A stretch of 39,996 nt of DNA. It comes from Octopus bimaculoides. Its lineage: Eukaryota. The notes under the pieces were generated by a model. The model made no database searches. It had not been told where the DNA came from and worked only from the letters and a program-made list of their open reading frames with translations. Shown here one piece after another: positions 32,931 through 39,996 of this stretch. The stretch covers positions 7,905,589 through 7,945,584 of the forward strand of contig NC_069005.1 in NCBI RefSeq assembly GCF_001194135.2. The letters run 5' to 3'. Every line of letters begins with the position of its first letter. The stretch's first letter is position 1. The position numbers and the translations under genes are program-made.

Positions 32931-33035
32931 GATGGTAAATTATCCAAAAACGAGATCCTGGACAAATACGATCTCTTTGTTGGTAGCCAAGCTACTGATT
33001 TTGGTGAAGCTTTGAAGTCACATGATGAGTTTTAA
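32931..33035 (+). CDS. CALU: Calumenin-like terminal exon 8: [34 protein letters not shown]
   Basis: Strong pyrimidine tract and ttacag acceptor ending 32930; phase 0; [10 protein letters not shown] motif; HDEF then TAA at 33033-33035. Confidence 0.97.
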   Translation, partial: DGKLSKNEILDKYDLFVGSQATDFGEALKSHDEF

Positions 33036-33424
33036 ACAGAATCTCTCAATTAGAATCGTGTGTGAGAAAGAAGAGGAGGAGGAGGAGGAGAAGAGAAAAA
33101 TCAAATCAAAAAAGAGAGCCTCTAAGTCATCAATATTTTAATTAAAAAAAAATTTTTTTTTTTGACTTTCCTCTCTGATAACATGAAGATGCTGACATAT
33201 ACTGGACTTAAGCTGTGGTCACAGATTTCTGTTGATGGCAATTGAATGGTTTGTTTTTGTTTTTTTTGTTTCTAAGTAACTGGTGCTGTACCTTATCTCA
33301 TCTGGTTTTCACATCTACAGTGTAATTGCACATCAAATTATTATTACTGAGAATGACAGAGTTGGTAGAGTAGCAAATAATAATAATAATAATTATTATT
33401 ATTATTTTGAATATTGTATAGTGG

Positions 33425-33895
33425 TGCATTGGCAGAATCATTGGTATGCCAGACGAAATGCTTAGTGGTGTTTCTTCCGTGTTTTATGATCCAAGTTCAA
33501 ATTCCACCAAGGTTGACCCTGCCTTTCTTCCTTTCGGAGTCGATAAAACAAAATACCAGTCAAGTACTGGGGTCGATGTAATTGACGGCCCCATTTCCCA
33601 CAAAAATTTCAGGCCTTGTGCCTATTGTAGAAAAGATTATTTTGAATATTGTGCCAATATTAGAATACATTATTATTTTAATTATATTGGTATGAATGGC
33701 AGAATTGATTGAATGTAGAAAACAAAATGCCCTGTGGCATTCAGTTACATTCTCAATTCAAACCCGGCCAAGGTCAACTTTACTTTCCATCCTCAAGGTG
33801 TTAACAAAATTAATACCAGCCTAGTAACTGGGGTCAATATAACCAACTGTTGCACTTTCCCCTAAAATACATGGCTTCGTGTCTAAGTTACCAAG
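33425..33895 (+). mobile_element. Two tandem SINE family B copies downstream of the stop codon
   Basis: ggcagaatcattggtatgccagacgaaatgcttagtgg and ggcagaattgattgaatg heads; shared body. Confidence 0.7.
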
Positions 33896-34137
33896 TTATT
33901 TCCTACTGCCAACTCGTGTCCTACAGTATAAGTCTGTGATCATGTGAACTAGCTAAGTTCTGCCCCTTAGGTATTTTTTTTTTTTTATGTATTTCAATTT
34001 TCTTGCTTTTACTTTATGGAGTATCCATCAGTAATGCTTCATTGTAAATTAGCTGGGAAAACTGATAATTTTAGATTTAGTTTTGAAGCTATCTTGCAGT
34101 TTTATTCTCTCAGCTTAATCTAGTTTATATATATATT

Positions 34138-34183
<46 letters not shown>

Positions 34184-34190
34184 ATATATA

Positions 34191-35413
34191 CAGGGTGTGG
34201 ATGGTATTTGAGGACATTTATGGTTTTAAAAAAAGGCTTATACAATAACAGGGAAAAAAAAAAAGATTTTTTAAAATAACAAGCATAAAGCTAAATTATC
34301 AATTTACTAATTTCATTCAATAAACCCACCATAAGCTTCAACAACTACCTCTACGTGGGGTCGAAATCGTTTACAAGCTTTTACATGGTCCTTGATAATA
34401 TCAGACATGACTTGAACTATGGTGACTTTCAAAGAACCTTTGGTGTTGTGGGGGTGTTCACTGGTATTTTTCACAACGATGCTTTATACATAGTACACCA
34501 GTGGACTGAGATCTGGGGAATTCGGAGGCCAATTGTTGGGGGTGATGTGATCATGCAAATTGTCGGGCACCATACTTGTCATTTGAGCCTTGTGTGATGG
34601 TGCAGAATTTTGTTGAAAGACATAAGGTCTCCCATTGCGTACACTGTTGATCTAAGGCTTAAGAACTTTATCCAGAACCTCAATATATGCAGTAGCATTC
34701 ACCCTGAGGCCTTGTGGTAAAAAGTGAAGACACATCACCTGTCCTTCGTTGCTAACAACACCCAAAACCATGACACTTGCAGAAAATTTTGTGTGCGTCA
34801 CACTTGGAAACTCAGAAGGGTCTACACATAGCCAACTGTGATTTGTTTCCGGTCCTGGTCAAAGTTTTTCTCATCTCAGGAAAACCAAATCACACCATCT
34901 TCTGATGGATTTTTAAGTTTGTTCGAAAGTCTTTGGGATCTGATTAAACAATTTCCTTTTGCTTTTTCTGACATGAATTGACCTCTCCTCATCATGGAAG
35001 ATTTGTATCTGATATCTTCATGTACAACATTTCTGAGTGTTTTCTTCTGACACACAAAATTGTTTAACAATTGACCTCATTGAATTTCCAGGATTGTCTT
35101 CAATGTTTTGCTTAACTTCCTGAATAAATTCAGGTTTCCTGATAGAATCACAGCATTCGGAATGCTTTTTTTTACATTTTGATACAGGCAATACTCTTCC
35201 TTCTCTAACTCAGGCTGAATCTTGTGGACAAAAAGATCTAGCAACTTTCAGAAAATGAGAAATTTCTAAATCACTATGCTTAGCCTTCAAAGCCAGTTCA
35301 TTTGTAAGCATTGGACCTATCGTTATTATTTTCTGAAATAGAAGTGCAATAAAAATTAGTCAAATAAAAATAATGCCTAAAAATACACGTCCTCAAATAC
35401 CATCTGCACCCTG
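34191..35413 (-). mobile_element. Near full-length degenerate Tc1/mariner DD37D (maT/Bmmar1-like) transposon, 1223 bp
   Basis: TA|CAGGGTGTGGATGGTATTTGAGGAC ... GTCCTCAAATACCATCTGCACCCTG|TA (25-bp TIR, 2 mismatches). Minus-strand VVHEDIRYKS.MMRRGQFMSEK, VMVLGVVSNEG, RPYVFQQNSAPSHK, WPPNSPDLSPL with stops and frameshifts. Confidence 0.9.
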
Positions 35414-36479
35414 TATATGTATATATATATGTATATATATACATATGTCTGTATGTATGTATATATATATTGAATATATTATATATGCTTTTATTTTTGA
35501 GTTATTAGGTTGTCTCCAAAATATTTTAATTTCTCATATATATCTAGAAAAGAAAAAACAAACTTATTTGTGGATAACCTGTTCTTTTTATTATTTGCTA
35601 TTTATTATTTCTACTATATAGTTTAAAAGCAAAAATTGGTAAAGGTTTTTAGACCTCAGATTGAAATAGCTTTTGCTATGTATTTTTTATTTCCTATTGC
35701 ATTTTCATTTTCTCAAATTCCAAAAAAAAAAAAAAACTTTTTTTAAAAAAAAATCTCCTTTTAATCCTGATCATAGAATGTAGTATTTGCATGAACAAAA
35801 AAAAAAGTATGTCAGACATTTATTCTCCTATGCAGCCATTTATCATTTGTGTGTCTTGTGGACATATATCTATATTTAGAAATATCTTTTGGCTCTACTT
35901 GAAAAATCTGCAAGCTTCATGACTGATTCAGTGTTGAGGAAAAAAATCTAAGTATTACAAGGGTTTCGGGGAGGGGGGACGGGAAAGAAATTTGTCAAAA
36001 AGCTTTTTTTTATGCATCCTTCGCTATCATCACCCACCACCACAAGCATTTAATGTTCTTAAATTGTGTGTGTGTTCTTGTTTAGTGCCAAGTCAGTAAG
36101 CCCAAGTATGGATCAAAGGCATTCCTGCCATGACCATTCAGTCTGATTCTTTTTCTTGTTCCTCCCTTATTTTAGGACTGCATTATTTGATGCGTCCTCT
36201 ATTTAAAAATGATAGGGTGGTGTGGATTTGGCTGCATGCCAAGCAAGTTACATCCCGATTCCACTCATCTACTTGTCTGTGTTTTGTATTTCAACGGGTC
36301 CGAAAATCACAGCTGTTTTATCTCCCTCATCTCAACAGCTTATTTGAGGGCAGAATTGTTAATGACGTCTATTGTTAAATACTTGTCTTCTTTCTGCGTT
36401 TATTATTATAAACACTAATTACCCACCGACATTAACCATTCATCACACTACTTCCCCTCCACTTTGACTTTTATTTTCT

Positions 36480-36548
<69 letters not shown>

Positions 36549-36872
36549 TATGTATGTATGTAAAAGTAATGTTAGGCTTTTTCTTACACAACAAAAAAGA
36601 AATAAAATTTTTTAAAAATTATTTAAAAAAGAATTTATTTTATTTTCTTTTACAACTTTTTTTTTCAAAGTTACACTTTCCTGTTTAAGGTTGAAAATAA
36701 AGTAGATTTTTTTAATTAAAAAAAAAAAACAAATTTGTCATATATTGTAGTTTTTGTTGTTTTTTCTTGTGTTTTGAAAAATGGTGGGATGATCATGGGT
36801 GGAATGTCTTGATCAATCATTGGTATAGTCCTGTGATTCCTGACATAGGGCACTATAATAATTCGGTGAGGC

Positions 36873-37109
36873 ATGTGTAGGTTTATACTGAATTTTTATG
36901 CTCTTTTTTACACAACAGAGGGGGGGGGTTATTAACAATTTTTCCGAGTTTTGACACTTTAGAGACATCAAATCCCAAAGATGATTCGAAAAATTTTTCA
37001 GTATCTGATGTCTCTAAAGTGTCAAAACTTGGGAAAATTGTTAATATCCCCCCTTCCTATTGTGTAAAAAGAAAAAAAAAGCATAAAAATTCAGTATAAG
37101 CCTACACAT
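36873..37109. repeat. Long palindrome/foldback (about 100-bp arms 36873-36970 and 37006-37109, about 35-nt spacer)
   Basis: atgtgtaggtttatactgaatttttatgc...ttaacaatttttccgagttttgacactttagagacatca versus tgatgtctctaaagtgtcaaaacttgggaaaattgttaa...gcataaaaattcagtataagcctacacat. Confidence 0.85.
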
Positions 37110-37549
37110 TAGTGGTATGTAGGTAATTACAAACACATGTTTGTGTGGTGCTTAGACAGACTTGTGTGTCTAAGAGTATAGAGAAAGATTTCTACTAAAG
37201 CAACAAACAGGCAAATGAAGCCCTCACCAGGAAACTAGTTATGTTAAAATTAACAGCTAAAGGGTCTGTTATTAAGAATACTTAACTGTTGCATACAATT
37301 TTGTTTCACTTGAAGTAAATAATCAGGTAAACGTCTCTGGGCAGGAAACACAGTAAGTAAAAATAAAGAATATACATGCACAATTAAATAAAGAAGTCGA
37401 AAGCATAATTTGTTACATAATCTCTTTAATAAAATAAACATGATACTGAATGGAACTTTATTAATTACATAAATATGTATGTGATTAGAAATCAATGGAT
37501 GCACAAAACGAAGAAAATGAAACAAACATGGACAACTTGTTCAGTAACA

Positions 37550-38221
37550 ATATTATATTATATATATAATATATATTATATATATTATATACACATATTA
37601 TATATTATATATATAATATACTATATATATATATATAATATAATATATATATAATTTAGGCACTGTCATGGTATTAGCTGTCAGAATTGAAAGTAGAACT
37701 GACAAGGAACGTTACTGCTGGTTTGAAGTTGAGCTATCTGTCTCTCTCTCTATCACTCGAAAGTTATTGGAACAAATTTGACACCTATATCCATGTGTTT
37801 GAAAACACACAGAGTATAAGGGTACTACTAAAGCAGAGTTGGTCCCGAACGCGCAGTCGCGAGTCCGTGCTAGCTAGTCGTGAGTGGTCGATCCTATTAT
37901 TTTTAAACTTTAAACTTCATTTGTTTTCTATTTTGATAAATTCTCTCTGTTGAAAATTATATTTTTATATTTTAAATAATTTGCAATTTCAGAAAATGTA
38001 TTTTTATATTAAATTTGCGTTTTCTAATTTCATAAATTCTACGGACACAAACAGAGGTGAACGAGTGATAGATAGATAGCTATAGAGAGAGAGATAGACA
38101 GACAGACAGATAGATAGCTCCGGCTAGTCAGTAGCCAAAGGATCAACTCAAACCAGCAGTAACGTTCCTTGTCAGTTCTACTTTCAATTCTGACAGCTAA
38201 TACCATGACAGTGCCATAATT

Positions 38222-38262
<41 letters not shown>

Positions 38263-38566
38263 GATATATATTATATAATATATATATATAATTTATATAA
38301 TATATATATATAATTTATATAATATATATAATATATGTATATTATATATATAATATAATATATATATAATATATATAATATAATATATATATAATATATT
38401 ATATTATATATATATATATTATACATATACTATATAATATAATATATGTTATATTATATATATATAATATAATATATCTATAATATATATTATATATAAT
38501 ATATATTATATATATAATTATATATATATTATATATATAATATATAGTATATTATATATATATTAT
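37550..38566. repeat. Extended AT-only microsatellite field (interrupted by the MITE)
   Basis: (TA)n/(TAA)n degenerate tract running into an N gap. Confidence 0.9.
37659..38215. mobile_element. Young MITE, 557 bp, perfect 68-bp TIRs, 8-bp TSD ATAATTTA; Merlin-like
   Basis: 37659-37726 is the exact reverse complement of 38148-38215; ATAATTTA at 37651-37658 and 38216-38223; terminus GGCAC fits the GG-start, 8-9-bp TSD pattern of Merlin. Confidence 0.88.
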
Positions 38567-38666
38567 NNNNNNNNNNNNNNNNNNNNNNNNNNNNNNNNNN
38601 NNNNNNNNNNNNNNNNNNNNNNNNNNNNNNNNNNNNNNNNNNNNNNNNNNNNNNNNNNNNNNNNNN
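38567..38666. other. Assembly gap (N)
   Basis: 100 N. Confidence 1.
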
Positions 38667-38700
<34 letters not shown>

Positions 38701-39099
38701 TCAGTGTATCATGTCTCTGGAAAAAATGCATCCTCTAAAGCACAGAGCAGCGATGTATCTGCAGTTAAGTCTATGTGAAGTCAGTTAGTAAGTAAAGTAT
38801 AAATAATCCAGTATGGGTTATCTCCCTTAGACAAGTTCATATTGCTCAAAGAAAGGAAGAACGGGGAATCTCACCCTTAATCTGCCTTTAGTCTGTAAGG
38901 ACCTTTTCAGATCTAATCGATAAATGGGGAATCCCATTTTTGCATCCCTCGTGAACTAAAAGCAGACTAAGAGGCGAAATTCTCTGTTCTTCCTTTTTTG
39001 ATTTAAATGAACGGGAACTGGTCTAAGGGAGATAACTCGTCCTGGCTTGTTAATTCTTTTGTTATTAACTAACTGACCATAACGGATTCCTACCTTCTT

Positions 39100-39400
39100 A
39101 GCGTCTTCGAATTGAACGGTCACAGCTCTGGTACTACAGACATGATTTAGAATGTTGCAGCAAAGAATTGCAAGATGGATTCTTCAAGCTGAGTCAACTA
39201 GAACGAGACCTAACGGTAGACCAGAAATGAGATTACTGGATAATATTCATAGTCTCAGTTGGTCATTCTTGGGAATCCAGCCGGAAAGTATAATGACAGC
39301 TGCTCCTGATAGGACCCTATGGAAGATGTACCTGAGGACTCTGTCCCCCAGTCTAGGTCCCTCCTAAAAATAGTGGACTGAGAAGATAAATGGAAAGAAC
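39100..39400 (+). mobile_element. RTE-like LINE 3' remnant
   Basis: QQRIARWILQAESTRTRPNGRPEMRLLDNIHSLSWSFLGIQPESIMTAAPDRTLWK resembles the RPRGRPR.RW.D...DR..WR C-terminus of RTE-type LINEs. Confidence 0.6.
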
Positions 39401-39639
39401 TTTGTCATTATGAAGCTGATGTTTGGAATATAAATTAACACCAAATTTTGAGGGAGGATTTTAATTTAGATTACTTTAAACAGGAAATTTTTATCATAGA
39501 ACTAAGGGCAGTTTCAGGGAGGCTGGTATCAAAAGGGCTTAACCCTTTAGCATTCAGACTTTGTCATTTAAAAAAAAATCCTGCATTATCTTTCAGCCTT
39601 GAGATATCAATTATGTGGCTGTATACTTTTCAGATTGTG

Positions 39640-39996
39640 GAGGCGCAATGGCCCAGTGGTTAGGGTAACAGACTTGTGGTCATAAGATCGCGGTTTCGAT
39701 TCCCAGACCGGGCGTTGTGAGTGTTTATTGAGCGAAAACACCTAAAGCTCCACGAGGCTCCGGCAGGGGATGGTGGCGAACCCTGCTGTACTCTTCCACC
39801 ACAACTTTCTCTCACTCTTACTTCCTGTTTCTGTTGTGCCTGTAATTCAAAGGGTCAGCCTTGTCACACTGTGTCATGCTGAATATGCCTGAGAACTACG
39901 TTAAGGGTACACGTGTCTGTGGAGTGCTCAGCCACTTGCACGCTAATATCACGAGCAGGCTGTTCCATTGATCGGATCAACTGGAACCCTCGACGT
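39640..39996 (+). mobile_element. Well-preserved tRNA-derived SINE, truncated by the window end
   Basis: A-box-like tggcccagtggttagg and B-box-like ggtttcgattcc followed by a non-tRNA body; GC-rich relative to flanks. Confidence 0.75.

Larger units (their letters stand above)
14641..33035 (+). other. CALU: Calumenin-like (CREC family) gene, coding span; 7 coding exons per transcript with alternative exon 7a or 7b; predicted 328 aa (7a) or 325 aa (7b) from first ATG
   Basis: Exons join in frame through GT-AG introns with consistent phases (0,2,1,0,1,0). Product has a signal peptide, DHEAILG motif, EF-hand loops, HPEE and PDW motifs and C-terminal HDEF typical of calumenin. Confidence 0.95.

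Noticed and set aside
39645-39715. tRNA gene
   Set aside because: A/B-box-like head without a complete cloverleaf or acceptor stem, continuing into a SINE body; the same applies to other family A and C heads.

Overview
AT-rich, repeat-dense eukaryotic genomic DNA with five N gaps. The SINE/MITE families and microsatellite load point to an octopod cephalopod (inference). The window holds one multi-exon gene on the + strand: a calumenin-like CREC-family protein with a signal peptide, six EF-hand positions and C-terminal HDEF. Coding exons run from 14641 to 33035, and a candidate promoter/non-coding first exon lies at about 7190-7551. Main discovery: the penultimate coding exon exists as two tandem paralogous copies, 7a (29276-29487) and 7b (30045-30247). 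They are about 51% identical in protein, both phase 1-0, and both have intact EF-hand loops, so they look like a mutually exclusive pair encoding EF5 and the start of EF6. The 557-nt intron between them carries a long-range complementary pair (29519-29547 with 29967-29997; 14-bp perfect core), a local hairpin and a nested helix. These would fold the 7a donor next to the 7b branch point, a candidate steric mechanism for exclusivity. The rest is transposon-derived: Tc1/mariner (DD37D-like, rosa-like) relics, hAT and piggyBac-type MITEs, a young Merlin-like MITE with perfect 68-bp TIRs and an 8-bp TSD, RTE- and Hero-like LINE remnants, several SINE families, a degenerate minimal hammerhead motif, palindromes and microsatellites. 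The supplied ORF track is almost entirely spurious except where it overlaps these exons or TE remnants. All alignments and pairings were done by eye; repeat boundaries are approximate unless TIR/TSD are given.
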